A DNA stretch of 64,000 nucleotides, taken from the NCBI GenBank assembly GCA_025928345.1, contig JAICJR010000001.1:727-64726 (forward strand), given 5' to 3'. The notes under the pieces were generated by a model. The model did not search any database, was not told where the DNA came from, and saw nothing but the letters and a program-made list of their open reading frames with translations. Shown in pieces: positions 44,828-54,310 of this stretch. Position 1 is the stretch's first letter. Every line of letters starts with the position of its first letter. This DNA comes from Thermoleophilaceae bacterium (lineage in GTDB: Bacteria > Actinomycetota > Thermoleophilia > Solirubrobacterales > Thermoleophilaceae). A program made the position numbers and the translations under genes.

Positions 44828-46972
44828 ATGGAACGTTTGACTCGCTGGACTCTCGCTCATCGTCGTGTCGTCGTGATCGCCTGGATCGTGGTCACGATCG
44901 TCGGCATCGCCACCGTGAACAACGCCGTGAAGGCAATGGACCAGAAGTTCTCGGTCCCCGGCCGGGAAGGCTGGCAGACCAACTCCGAGATCGCCAAGCT
45001 CTACGGCCACACGGGCAGCGACACCGCCCCGCTCCTCCCCGTGGTGACCCTGCCCGCCGGCAAGTCGGCCACCGACCCTGCCGTGCGAGCACAGCTGCGC
45101 AGCCTCGAGCAGCGGACGCAGACGGCGATCCCCGGTGCCCGAATCGCCGGCTACGGCTCCACCGGCAGCAAGGCGTTCCTGTCGAAGGACGACCGCACCG
45201 CGTTCGTGATCGCCTACCCGCCGGCTGATCCGAACTCGACATTCGGCGGCAATCCCGATGCCGAGAAGCACCTGCGGGCCTCGCTCAAGGGCGCGACCGT
45301 GGGCGGCGCGCCCGTCCACCTGACAGGCTACGACGCGCTGGCCGCCCAGAGCGGCGGCGGCAACGGGCCGGGAGTTCTCGTGGAGGCGCTCTTCGGCGGC
45401 CTCGGCGCGCTGATCGTGCTCGGGTTCGTGTTCGCCTCGTTCCTGGCGCTCGTCCCGCTCCTGATGGCGATCCCCGCGATCATGACCAGCTTCCTGATCG
45501 TCTACGGGCTCACCGCCGTCACCGGCATCTCGCCGATCGTGCAGTTCCTGATCGCGCTGATCGGACTCGGTGTGGCGATCGACTACTCGCTGCTCGTGGT
45601 GGTGCGCTGGCGCGAGGAGCTCGCACATGGCCATAAGGGAGACGAGGCGATCGTGCGCGCGATGGGCACGGCCGGCCGCGCCGTGGTGTTCAGCGGCACA
45701 ACCGTGGCGATCGGGCTGCTCGCCCTGATCGTGCTCCCGCTGCCGTTCCTGCGCAGCATGGGCTACGGCGGCATGGTGATCCCGCTCGTGTCCGTGCTCG
45801 TGGCGCTCACCCTCCTGCCGGTGGTGCTGCACTCCTGGGGCTCGAAGCTCGACTGGCCGCACCGGCGTACCGACGACAAGGCGTCGCGCAGCTGGACCCG
45901 CTGGGCGCAGGGGACGGTGCGCCACCGCTGGGTGGCCGCGCTGGGCGCGCTGGTGGTGCTCGCCGCGCTGGTGGTGGCCGCCACCAAGATCCACCCGGGC
46001 ATCGCCGACGTGAACACGATCGCCAAGCAGGGCGACGCGAAGGACGGCCTCGTGGCGCTCGAGAAGTCGGGCATCGGCTCCGGCGCGCTGCTCCCGCACG
46101 AGATCCTCACCACCACCACCCCGCCGGAAAAGGTGGCGGCGGCTGTGGCGAAGGTCGACGGCATCCACGGCGCGGTGGCGCCCGCAAGCGCCGAATGGCG
46201 AAGGTCCGGCACGCAGCTCGTGGATGCCTTCCCCACCCCAGATGGCTCGTCGCAGCAGGGCCGCGACCTCGTGGGCGAGGTGCGCGACGCAGCGCATGCG
46301 CAGGGAACCGACGTGAATGTGGGCGGCCAGCAGGCCTCCAACACGGACTTCATCCATGCGGTGTACGGCAACTTCCCGCTGATGATCGGGCTGATCGCGC
46401 TGGCGAGCTTCCTGCTGCTCGCGCGCGCCTTCCGCTCGCTGCTCCTGCCGGCCAAGGCCGTGATCCTCAACGTGATCAGCGTCGCGGCCGCCTGGGGCGT
46501 GATGACGCTGGTATGGCAGGAGGGCCACGGCTCGCAGGCGATCTGGGGCATCCCGGCCACGGGCGCCATTGACTCGTGGATCCCGCTGATCGTGTTCGCG
46601 TTCCTGTTCGGGCTCTCGATGGACTACGAGGTGTTCATCCTCACTCGCGTGCGCGAGGAATACGACAGGAGAGGTGACACGAACGAGGCTGTGGTGCAGG
46701 GCATCGGTCGTACCGGACGGCTCGTGACGAGCGCGGCTCTCATCCTGTTCCTCGCGTTCATGTCGCTCGCCTCAGGCCCCGACACCGCGGTGAAGGTGCT
46801 GGCCACCGGGCTGGCGGCCGGCATCCTGCTCGACGCGACGCTCATCCGCGCGATTCTCGTGCCGGCCGTGGTGTCGCTGTTCGGGCGCTGGAACTGGGTG
46901 CTCCCGCACCGCGCGGCGCGTGTGCTGCGCGTGGAGCCCTCGCCGCGTCCGGCGCGCGAGACGGCCGGATAG
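44828..46972 (+). CDS. MMPL-family (RND superfamily) membrane transporter
   Basis: The 714-aa protein has two blocks of 6 TM helices. Each block has the conserved ...AIDYSLLVVVRWREE... or ...GLSMDYEVFILTRVREEY... motif. Confidence 0.9.
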   Translation: MERLTRWTLAHRRVVVIAWIVVTIVGIATVNNAVKAMDQKFSVPGREGWQTNSEIAKLYGHTGSDTAPLLPVVTLPAGKSATDPAVRAQLRSLEQRTQTAIPGARIAGYGSTGSKAFLSKDDRTAFVIAYPPADPNSTFGGNPDAEKHLRASLKGATVGGAPVHLTGYDALAAQSGGGNGPGVLVEALFGGLGALIVLGFVFASFLALVPLLMAIPAIMTSFLIVYGLTAVTGISPIVQFLIALIGLGVAIDYSLLVVVRWREELAHGHKGDEAIVRAMGTAGRAVVFSGTTVAIGLLALIVLPLPFLRSMGYGGMVIPLVSVLVALTLLPVVLHSWGSKLDWPHRRTDDKASRSWTRWAQGTVRHRWVAALGALVVLAALVVAATKIHPGIADVNTIAKQGDAKDGLVALEKSGIGSGALLPHEILTTTTPPEKVAAAVAKVDGIHGAVAPASAEWRRSGTQLVDAFPTPDGSSQQGRDLVGEVRDAAHAQGTDVNVGGQQASNTDFIHAVYGNFPLMIGLIALASFLLLARAFRSLLLPAKAVILNVISVAAAWGVMTLVWQEGHGSQAIWGIPATGAIDSWIPLIVFAFLFGLSMDYEVFILTRVREEYDRRGDTNEAVVQGIGRTGRLVTSAALILFLAFMSLASGPDTAVKVLATGLAAGILLDATLIRAILVPAVVSLFGRWNWVLPHRAARVLRVEPSPRPARETAG

Positions 46973-47003
46973 CGCCTACACGCCGCGGGTAGCCTGCGGC
47001 GGA

Positions 47004-48074
47004 ATGCGCAGGACCGCCGCGCTCATCCCGGTCGCCGGGGCCACCTTCGGCGTCGGTTACGGCCTGGGGCAGGCGGGCCTGCCGTCGTCGTACCTTTTCG
47101 CGGCGCTGCTCGTCGGGCTTGCGGTGGCGCTCACCCTGCCCGGCAGGGTGGCCGTGCCGCGGGGCGCGTTCGTCGCGGGACAGGCGGTGACCGGGGTCGC
47201 GCTCGGCGCGTTCGTGCGCTCGTCCGCGCTGAAGGCGCTCGCGCACTCGTGGCTGCCGGTCCTGCTCGTGAGCGCCGCCACACTCGGCATCTGCATCGTC
47301 GGCGGCGCGCTGCTCGCGCGCTTCACGGCGCTCGACCCGCCCACCGCGCAGCTCGGCTCGGTGGCCGGCGGGGCGTCCGGCATTGTCGCCATGGCGGACG
47401 ACCTCGGGGCAGACGCGCGCATCGTCGCGTTCATGCAGTACCTGCGCGTGCTGGTGGTGGTGCTGCTCACGCCATTCTTCCTCGCGCTCCTCTTCCCCGG
47501 CCACAGCAACGGACACCCAGCCGCCACCCCGCTGATCGGAGAGGCGAGGGACTGGCTGCTCACGCTTGTGATAGCGGTCGGCGGCCTGGCGATCTCAAGG
47601 CTCGCGCGGATGACCGCGGGCACTTTGCTGATGCCGATGATCGTCGCCGCCGCGGTGGTGCTCGCGGTGCCCGGCGGCGAGTTCGTGGTGCCGCAGCTCG
47701 CCGCTCAGACGGCGTTCGCGCTGATCGGCCTCCAGGTGGGCCTTCGCTTCACAATGGACACGGTGCGGCTGCTCGGGAGCCTGCTCGTGCCGGTGCTGCT
47801 GTCGATCGTGGCGCTCCTGCTCGCATGCTTCGGGCTCGGCGTGATCCTCCACTTCACGGCATCGAACGTGTCGATGCTCGACGCATACCTCGCCACCACG
47901 CCGGGCGGCCTGTTCGCAGTGCTCGCGGTGGCGTTCGGCGCGGGTGCGAACACCACGTTCATCCTGGCCGTGCAGGGCCTGCGGATCCTCGTGATGGTGC
48001 TGCTCGCGCCGCTGGTGGTGCGCCGGCTAACACGGGACCGGCGCACCCCAGCCACTGCGACTGGATCTACGTAA
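47004..48074 (+). CDS. AbrB-duplication family membrane protein (often annotated as putative ammonia monooxygenase / AbrB family regulator)
   Basis: This is a polytopic protein with internal duplication. It contains ...GGASGIVAMADDLGADARIVAFMQYLRVLVVVLLTPF... and ...TTPGGLFAVLAVAFGAGANTTFILAVQGLRILVMVLLAP.... I start at ATG 47004. Confidence 0.72.
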   Translation: MRRTAALIPVAGATFGVGYGLGQAGLPSSYLFAALLVGLAVALTLPGRVAVPRGAFVAGQAVTGVALGAFVRSSALKALAHSWLPVLLVSAATLGICIVGGALLARFTALDPPTAQLGSVAGGASGIVAMADDLGADARIVAFMQYLRVLVVVLLTPFFLALLFPGHSNGHPAATPLIGEARDWLLTLVIAVGGLAISRLARMTAGTLLMPMIVAAAVVLAVPGGEFVVPQLAAQTAFALIGLQVGLRFTMDTVRLLGSLLVPVLLSIVALLLACFGLGVILHFTASNVSMLDAYLATTPGGLFAVLAVAFGAGANTTFILAVQGLRILVMVLLAPLVVRRLTRDRRTPATATGST

Positions 48075-49653
48075 GAGTCTTTGCGGCCTCCACGTCCTGC
48101 GTGGTGGACACGTCCTGCTCCTTGATGTAGTCCGGCCGCACCCGGATCGACGGGTAGTCCGCCTTCTCCTCGTTCGCGCGCTCGGCGAGCCCGCTCACGT
48201 CCTCGATGCCCACGACCTGACGCGCCAGCTCGGTGAGCGGCCCGTCGGCCTGGTACTCCACGCGCTGCATGGTCAGCAGCTTGATCACCCACAGCGGCGT
48301 GCCGTTGAACTTCTCGAACATCGCGTGCCGCGCTCCCCACTCCGACAGGAAGCGCTCGTGGATCATGCGGAAGATCTTCGTGCGGTCCTCCGCGCTCGTG
48401 TTGTGCCCGCGGAGCGCCGCGCGCAGCGCACCGCCGAGCTCCGGGTTGTCGAGGTCCGCCTTCGTCGGATACACGACCACGCCGCGTCCGCAGAAGTCGA
48501 TCAGGATCTCGATCATCTTGTGGACGTTCTCCAGGTAGTACGCCCGGCCGAAGTCCACGAAGATGTTGTTGGGCTTGTAGAGCCCGCCCGGGGACATGAA
48601 GCCGGTCTCCTCGGCCGCGATCGTGAACGCGCGGCAGGTCTCGCGGAAGCGGATGAGGTCCGCCACCTGCGAGGCCACGATCGGCGCCTGCGCGGTGCCG
48701 AGCGCCTCGGTGATGAGGATGCCGAGCCCGGCGATCATCTCCGCGTTCACCACGTGCCGGATCTGCGTCTCCGCGTGGATCCAGTCGAACAGGCGCTGCG
48801 GGTAGAACTTCGCGTGGTCGGGATTCCCGATGTGGAAGACCTTGTCCCACGGGATCAGGACGTCGTCGAAGTACGCCATGCCGTCCAGCTCGTCGCCGCG
48901 GCTGGCGAGCGGGCGGTCGAACGAGTCGGCGTCCGGTTGCGCGAGCGACGGCCGCACCACGTGGGTCACGCCCGGGTCGTTCGCCGGCACGAGCGCGAAC
49001 ACGATCTGCTCCTCCACGGCGCCCGGCTTCCAAAGCACGCCCATGAAGATGTTGTTGGCGAACGCCACGCCCGTGCCGATCGCCTTCCAGCCGCGCACCA
49101 CGATGCCCTCGTCGTTCTTGTCGACCATCCGGAGCATCGGCGTCTCGGCCACGGAGTCGGGATCGGAGCGGTCGCCCTGAACGTCGAGGAACATCGGCGA
49201 GGCCGACAGGTCGTTCGACTTCATGAACTCCCACGCGTTCCGGATGTTGTCCGCCAGCGGGCGCCCGTCGTGGCCGCGTGACTCGGACTCCCACGGCTCC
49301 GGGTCCTGGTAGAGCGTGTAGAAGACGGGCAGCATGCTCGCCGGCGGGCGCGTGAACATCGCGCCGCGCGCCCAGTGGCGGAAGAGGTAGTCGTGGTACT
49401 CGCGCCGCGCCACCAGGTCCTCCTTGTTCCGCGGGAGGAACCAGTGCTTGGCCCAGCGCTCGCCGTTCTCGTCCACGAAGGTGAGCACGTCCTGGTGCTC
49501 GGGGTCGTGGTGCATGTCGTAGTACTCAGCGACCGCCTGGGCGTAGCCGCGGGTCTTGGGATGCGTCGTGAGGTCGTCGATCATCTCGCCGCCGCAGAGC
49601 ACGCGGCGGCCGTCGCGGATCGACTCGAGGTACTGCTCGCCTGTCCTGATCAT
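48067..49653 (-). CDS. 4-hydroxyphenylacetate 3-monooxygenase oxygenase component family (HpaB-like, FADH2/FMNH2-dependent)
   Basis: MIRTGEQYLESIRDGRRVLCGGEMIDDLTTHPKTRGYAQAVAEYYDMHHDP... has the typical HpaB N-terminus, and the 528-aa length fits the family. Confidence 0.87.
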   Translation of the reverse strand: MIRTGEQYLESIRDGRRVLCGGEMIDDLTTHPKTRGYAQAVAEYYDMHHDPEHQDVLTFVDENGERWAKHWFLPRNKEDLVARREYHDYLFRHWARGAMFTRPPASMLPVFYTLYQDPEPWESESRGHDGRPLADNIRNAWEFMKSNDLSASPMFLDVQGDRSDPDSVAETPMLRMVDKNDEGIVVRGWKAIGTGVAFANNIFMGVLWKPGAVEEQIVFALVPANDPGVTHVVRPSLAQPDADSFDRPLASRGDELDGMAYFDDVLIPWDKVFHIGNPDHAKFYPQRLFDWIHAETQIRHVVNAEMIAGLGILITEALGTAQAPIVASQVADLIRFRETCRAFTIAAEETGFMSPGGLYKPNNIFVDFGRAYYLENVHKMIEILIDFCGRGVVVYPTKADLDNPELGGALRAALRGHNTSAEDRTKIFRMIHERFLSEWGARHAMFEKFNGTPLWVIKLLTMQRVEYQADGPLTELARQVVGIEDVSGLAERANEEKADYPSIRVRPDYIKEQDVSTTQDVEAAKTLT

Positions 49654-49675
49654 GTGACTCCCTCTCCTGTCTCTT

Positions 49676-50200
49676 TCAGATTCCGGTCATGCCGAGCAGC
49701 TCGGCCGTGCGGCCAAGTGCGTCGTCTGGCTGATGGATGCCGCCGAAGCCGCTCGCGAAGTAGAGGAGCGGCCGCCTGCCGGTCACGTGCTCGCAGTGGC
49801 GGATCGCGCCGATGAAGATCGAGTGGTCGCCGCCGGGCAGGCACTCGTGCACATCGCAGACGAAGCGCGCGATCGCCCGGTCGAGCAGCGGCACTCCGTG
49901 CTCGACATCAACCTTGAGGCCGGCGAACTTGTCGTCGGCGGGGGTGGCGAACTTCAGCGCGAGCTTCTCGTCGCCCTCGCCCAGCACGTTCACGCCGAAC
50001 TGGCGGCTCTGCTCGAGCGCGCGGTGGGTGGGCAGCTTGTTGTTGATGCACACGAGCAGGAGCGGCGGCTCGAGCGACAGCGACGCCACCGCGCTCGCGG
50101 TCATGCCCGCGAGCCGCTCGCCGTCGACCGTCGTGATGACGGTGACCCCCGTGGCGAAGCGCCCGATTGCCTGCCTGTACCGAAGCTGAAGCTCGGTCAT
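49676..50200 (-). CDS. flavin reductase (HpaC-like reductase component)
   Basis: ...YRQAIGRFATGVTVITT...AGMTASAVASLSLEPPLLLVCI... and GDHSIFIG are present. It lies immediately upstream of the HpaB-like gene. Confidence 0.87.
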   Translation of the reverse strand: MTELQLRYRQAIGRFATGVTVITTVDGERLAGMTASAVASLSLEPPLLLVCINNKLPTHRALEQSRQFGVNVLGEGDEKLALKFATPADDKFAGLKVDVEHGVPLLDRAIARFVCDVHECLPGGDHSIFIGAIRHCEHVTGRRPLLYFASGFGGIHQPDDALGRTAELLGMTGI

Positions 50201-50240
50201 CCCAAGAAGCTTGGTTTCGTGGCGTTAACCAGGGCGAAAC

Positions 50241-50275
50241 GGTGACTGGTGACCAGTGACTGGTGACTGGTCCTG
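50241..50275. repeat. five tandem heptamers GGTGACT-GGTGACC-AGTGACT-GGTGACT-GGTCCTG
   Basis: Read directly from the sequence. The repeat also contains the palindrome ACTGGT-G-ACCAGT (50245..50257). It lies between the divergent flavin reductase and STAND/SARP regulator genes. Confidence 0.85.
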
Positions 50276-53200
50276 GTGTTCAATGGGAGTGGACATCGCG
50301 ATGGAGGGTCAAGTCATTCGCCGGAAGGTCGCCGTGCCTCCGCCACCCCAGCGGCTCGTGCCGCGCGAGCGGATCGACCGGTTGCTGGCTGAGTTGCTCG
50401 ACTCGCATCCGCTCGTCTGGGTGTGCGCCACCGCGGGCTCCGGCAAGACGACCGCGGTGGCCCAGGCTCTCCGGCTGAGCGAGCGTCCCGTCGCATGGCT
50501 CACGCTCGACGACACCGACGCCGCGGCCGGCAGGCTCGTGACGTATCTCGAGGCGGCGCTCGCCACGCAGGTCGAGGCGGCGCGGGGCGTCGCCACTCGC
50601 GCGCTGGCGGGCAAGCTGCCGCACACCGAGGCGGCGGGGCTGCTCGCCGAGGCAGTCGGCGACGTGCCGCTCCTGCTCGTGGTGGACGAGGTCGAGCGCA
50701 TCGCCGAGTCGCGAGAGGCGCTCGCGGTGATCGCGGCGCTCGTCCGGTACGCCCCGCCAAACATGCGCATCGTGCTGATCAGCCGCCGCGAGGTGAGCAT
50801 TGAGCTCGACTCGAACGCCGCGCTCGGCGGCAGCGTTACCGTGGCCGAGCACGATCTCGCCTTCCGCGCGCCGGAGGCCGCGCAGGCGCTCGCGTTTGCG
50901 GGGCGCGCGGACATCGACCCCACGCAAGCGGTCGAGGCCACCGGCGGATGGGTGGCGGGGGTGCTGTTCGAAGCGTGGCGCTCCGGCGAGCACGTGGCAG
51001 GCATGGGCGGCGAGGCGGACGCCCTGCACGGCTATCTCTCCTCGCAGATCCTCGACCGGCTGAGCCCGGAGGAACGGGAGTTCCTGATCACCACGTCCGT
51101 GCTCGACGACGTGACGGCCGAGCGCGCCGAGGCGCTCGGCGAGGCGAGCGCGGCCGAACGGCTCGTGTCGCTGCGCGCCAAGCACCTGCCGGTCGCCTGG
51201 CGCGAGGACGGCCATTCGATGCGCTGCCATGCGCGGCTTCGCGAGTATCTCCTCGAGCGGCTCGAGCGCCGGGGCGGGGACAGCGTCCGCGCGCTCCGCG
51301 CCGCGCACGCGGAGCTCCTCGTGAGTGAGGGCCAGCACGAGGACGCTGTCGAGGAGTTCCTGCGAGCACGCATGCCGGAGCGCGCGCTCGCCCCCGCAGA
51401 GCGCGCGATCGGGCAGGTCATCGACAGGCTCGACTACGCGGTGGCCGAGCGCTGGCTGGCCGCGCTCGGCGAGCTGCAGGGTGCCGGCGCGAGCACGATC
51501 GCGGTGGCGGAGATGATGCTCGCCCTCGGCCGCGAGGACTATGCCCGCTGCGGCCGCGTGGCGGACCGGCTGCACATGGCGTCAGAGCGCCAGCGGCTCG
51601 CGCGCGAGTCGCCCCGCGCCGCGGCGATGATGGGCTGGAGCTACTGGCACCTCGGCCGCTGGCGCGACGCTCAAGAAGTCGTGTCCGCCGCGGAGGGCAC
51701 GCCCGAGATCGAGGCGGTGCGCTTCACGCTCAACCTGGTGGACCACAACCTCGGCGCCGGCCGGCCGATAGAGCCGGTGCTGAGCGGCAGCCCGCTCGAC
51801 GCTCTGGTGGTGCGCGTGGCGTACGCGCACGGGCGTCTGCGCATGCTGGCCGACGCGGGCGCCTCCGGATGGGCCGCCGCTGTCACCGAGCCGTGGCGCA
51901 TCGGGCTCCTGCGCGCGAGCGGCCACCCCGAGCAGGCCCTGGAGCTGTACGAGCAGGCGCAGGCCGGAGGCTGGGCGCACGTGTGGCTCCACGCGATGGT
52001 CGGTCCGGAGATCCTGATCGACCTCAGGCGCCCGGAGGAGGCGCGCGCCGCCGTGATGCGAGGACGCGAGCTCACCCGCGCGAGCGGCTCCCTCGTGTTC
52101 GTGATGCTCAACGAGCTGATCGAGGCGAAGATGGAGATCCGCCTGTGCCGCGATCCCGAGGCGGCGCTGGCGGTGCTCGACCGTCTGGAGGACCGCAAGG
52201 CGGCGACCGAGTACCGCTTCATAGCCGAGCAGGCCGACCTGTGGCGCGGCTTCGCGCTGCTCGAGAAGAACGAGGACGAGCGCGCGCGCCTCCACCTCGA
52301 GCGGGCAGTCGCCACGATGATCGCGAGCGACCGCCGGCTCGAGCTCCCCACCGCCGCCGCGTACCTGAGCGAGGCGCGCTGGCGCACCGGTGACGAGGAC
52401 GGTTCAGACGCCGCGGCCGACCTCGCCTACGACGCCGCGCGTTTCCATGGCTCGAACCACTACCTGCTGCTCGCGCTCGCGGACTTCCCGGCGGTGGTGG
52501 CCCGCCGGCTCGACGCGGAGCCGCGCGCGGACTCGCCCTGGCACGAGCTGGGCCGGGCGCTGCGCGCACAGGACGTGGCCGTGGAGCTCCCGCTGTCGGT
52601 GAGCGTCGAGCTGCTCGAGTTCGGTGAGCCGGCGATCCTGGTTAACGGCATGCCGGCGCCGCGGCCGCGCATCGCGAAGAGCTACGAGCTCCTTTCATAC
52701 CTCACGAGCCGCGGCACGCAGCAGGTAACTCGGGAGGAGCTTCTTTCCGCGCTGTTCGACGGGCGCGGCGACGACTCCGCCCGCTCCTACCTCCGCCAGG
52801 CGCTCCACCAGCTCCGCGAGGTGCTGCCCGACGAGGCGCGGCTCGTGTCGGACGGCTCGCGTGTCGCTCTCGAGGAGTCGCTGAGGGTGACCAGCGAGTC
52901 GGTCCGCCTCGAGACGCTTCTCGCCGAGGCCGCGCGGCTTCAGGGGGAGCCCCGCCTGGACGCGACGCTCGTCGCACTCGCGATCGCCGAACGAGGCGAG
53001 TTCCTGCCCGGCAGCTCCTCCGCGTGGGTGGAGAGCCGTCGCGAATGGCTTGCCGAGCTCGTGGCCGACGCGCGCCAGGAAGCCGCGGAGCTCGCCTTCG
53101 GCGCGGGCAGCTATCGCGAGGCAACCCGCCTCGTGGAGGCGATCCTCGAGCGCGATCCGTTCCGCGAGGGCGCGCATCGCCTGGAGATGCGAATCGCCAA

Positions 53201-53321
53201 CGCGGTCGGCGACGAGGACCGCGTGATCAGCGCCTACCGCCGCTGCGAGCGCGCGCTCGGCGAGCTCGGCATCGCGCCGTCGTCGAGCACCCGCCAGCTG
53301 CTGGACACGCTGCGTCGCTGA
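50256..53321 (+). CDS. large STAND-type ATPase regulator: MalT-like P-loop NTPase + helical/TPR-like region + C-terminal SARP module (OmpR-type wHTH + BTAD)
   Basis: The N-terminus has ...RERIDRLLAELLDSHPLVWVCATAGSGKTT (Walker A) and LLVVDEVERI (Walker B). The C-terminus has AILVNGMPAPRPRIAKSYELLSYLTSRGTQQVTREELLSALF...ARSYLRQALHQLREVL (wHTH). It ends ...YREATRLVEAILERDPFREGAHRLEMRIANAVGDEDRVISAYRRCERALGELGIAPSSSTRQL (BTAD). The track GTG start lies inside the heptamer repeat. In-frame ATGs at 50283 or 50301 are more plausible starts. Confidence 0.8.
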   Translation: MTGDWSWCSMGVDIAMEGQVIRRKVAVPPPPQRLVPRERIDRLLAELLDSHPLVWVCATAGSGKTTAVAQALRLSERPVAWLTLDDTDAAAGRLVTYLEAALATQVEAARGVATRALAGKLPHTEAAGLLAEAVGDVPLLLVVDEVERIAESREALAVIAALVRYAPPNMRIVLISRREVSIELDSNAALGGSVTVAEHDLAFRAPEAAQALAFAGRADIDPTQAVEATGGWVAGVLFEAWRSGEHVAGMGGEADALHGYLSSQILDRLSPEEREFLITTSVLDDVTAERAEALGEASAAERLVSLRAKHLPVAWREDGHSMRCHARLREYLLERLERRGGDSVRALRAAHAELLVSEGQHEDAVEEFLRARMPERALAPAERAIGQVIDRLDYAVAERWLAALGELQGAGASTIAVAEMMLALGREDYARCGRVADRLHMASERQRLARESPRAAAMMGWSYWHLGRWRDAQEVVSAAEGTPEIEAVRFTLNLVDHNLGAGRPIEPVLSGSPLDALVVRVAYAHGRLRMLADAGASGWAAAVTEPWRIGLLRASGHPEQALELYEQAQAGGWAHVWLHAMVGPEILIDLRRPEEARAAVMRGRELTRASGSLVFVMLNELIEAKMEIRLCRDPEAALAVLDRLEDRKAATEYRFIAEQADLWRGFALLEKNEDERARLHLERAVATMIASDRRLELPTAAAYLSEARWRTGDEDGSDAAADLAYDAARFHGSNHYLLLALADFPAVVARRLDAEPRADSPWHELGRALRAQDVAVELPLSVSVELLEFGEPAILVNGMPAPRPRIAKSYELLSYLTSRGTQQVTREELLSALFDGRGDDSARSYLRQALHQLREVLPDEARLVSDGSRVALEESLRVTSESVRLETLLAEAARLQGEPRLDATLVALAIAERGEFLPGSSSAWVESRREWLAELVADARQEAAELAFGAGSYREATRLVEAILERDPFREGAHRLEMRIANAVGDEDRVISAYRRCERALGELGIAPSSSTRQLLDTLRR

Positions 53322-53345
53322 ACCGCCGGCACCCGCCCGGATAAG

Positions 53346-54302
53346 TTGCCGCACGTGCGAGTGCTGGTGGTGACGAACATGTACCCCACGCCGCGGCGGC
53401 CGGCGCTCGGGCCGTTCGTCCGCGACCAGGTGGACGCGCTGCGTGAGCTCGGCGATCTCGAGGTCGAGCTCCACAGCTTCGACCCGCCCGGCGGCATCCG
53501 GCCGTACCTCTCGGAGGCGCTCGCCCTGGCGCGCCGCTACCGCGGGTCGAGCTACGACGTCGTGCACTCGCACTACGGCCTCACCGGCTTCTGCGCACTC
53601 GCAGTGCGCGGCGCCGGGGCGCGCGCGGTCACGTTCCACGGCGACGACCTCAGGCTGGGCAAGGTCGCGCCGATCTCGCGCCTTGTCGCCCGGCTGAGCG
53701 ACCTCCCGGCCACGGTGTCGGCGGGGCTCGCGCGCTCGGAGGCGGCAGGGCTGGGCGGCCCGGGCACGCGGCGGCGCGTGGCGGTGCTGCCCTGCGGGAT
53801 CGACCTCGACCGGCTCAAGCCGATCCCGCGCGCCGAGGCCCGCCGCGAGCTGGGTCTCGACCCGGACCGCCGCTACCTGCTCTTCCCTGCGGATCCGAGC
53901 CGTCCCGAGAAGAGGATGGACCGCGCGCGCCAGCTCGCGGGCGACGGCGTCGAGCTCATCCACTACGACAACACTCCGCCCGAGCGCGTGCCGCTTTACA
54001 TCAACGCGGCGAACGCGGTGGTGGTCACGTCCGAGCGGGAGGGCTTCGGCCTCGCGCCGCTCGAGGCGCTCGCATGCGGCGTGCCGGTGCTCGCCACCGA
54101 CGTCGGCATCGCGCCGCTCGTGCTCGCGGGCATCGAAGGCACGCTGTGCGCGCCGTTCGAGCCCGAGCGCTGGCGGGGGGCGCTCGCCCCTCATTTGGAG
54201 GACGCTGATCCGCGCGTGGAAGGGCGCGCCCGCGCGGCGATGTTCGGCAGCCGCAGGATGGCCGAGCGCGTGGCCTGCGCGTACCGGGATTTAGTGGGCT
54301 GA
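53346..54302 (+). CDS. glycosyltransferase (GT4 / GT-B fold)
   Basis: VRVLVVTNMYPTPRRPALGPFVRDQV... at the N-terminus and the C-terminal EREGFGLAPLEALACGVPVLATDVG (EX7E-type motif) are present. Confidence 0.87.
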   Translation: MPHVRVLVVTNMYPTPRRPALGPFVRDQVDALRELGDLEVELHSFDPPGGIRPYLSEALALARRYRGSSYDVVHSHYGLTGFCALAVRGAGARAVTFHGDDLRLGKVAPISRLVARLSDLPATVSAGLARSEAAGLGGPGTRRRVAVLPCGIDLDRLKPIPRAEARRELGLDPDRRYLLFPADPSRPEKRMDRARQLAGDGVELIHYDNTPPERVPLYINAANAVVVTSEREGFGLAPLEALACGVPVLATDVGIAPLVLAGIEGTLCAPFEPERWRGALAPHLEDADPRVEGRARAAMFGSRRMAERVACAYRDLVG

Positions 54303-54310
54303 GCCGCTGT

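Noticed and set aside
50241-50278. Short tandem repeats as a possible CRISPR array or mobile-element end
   Set aside because: The period is 7 nt with no spacers and only about 5 units. There are no cas genes and no transposase. This is a microsatellite or operator-type repeat, not a CRISPR array.
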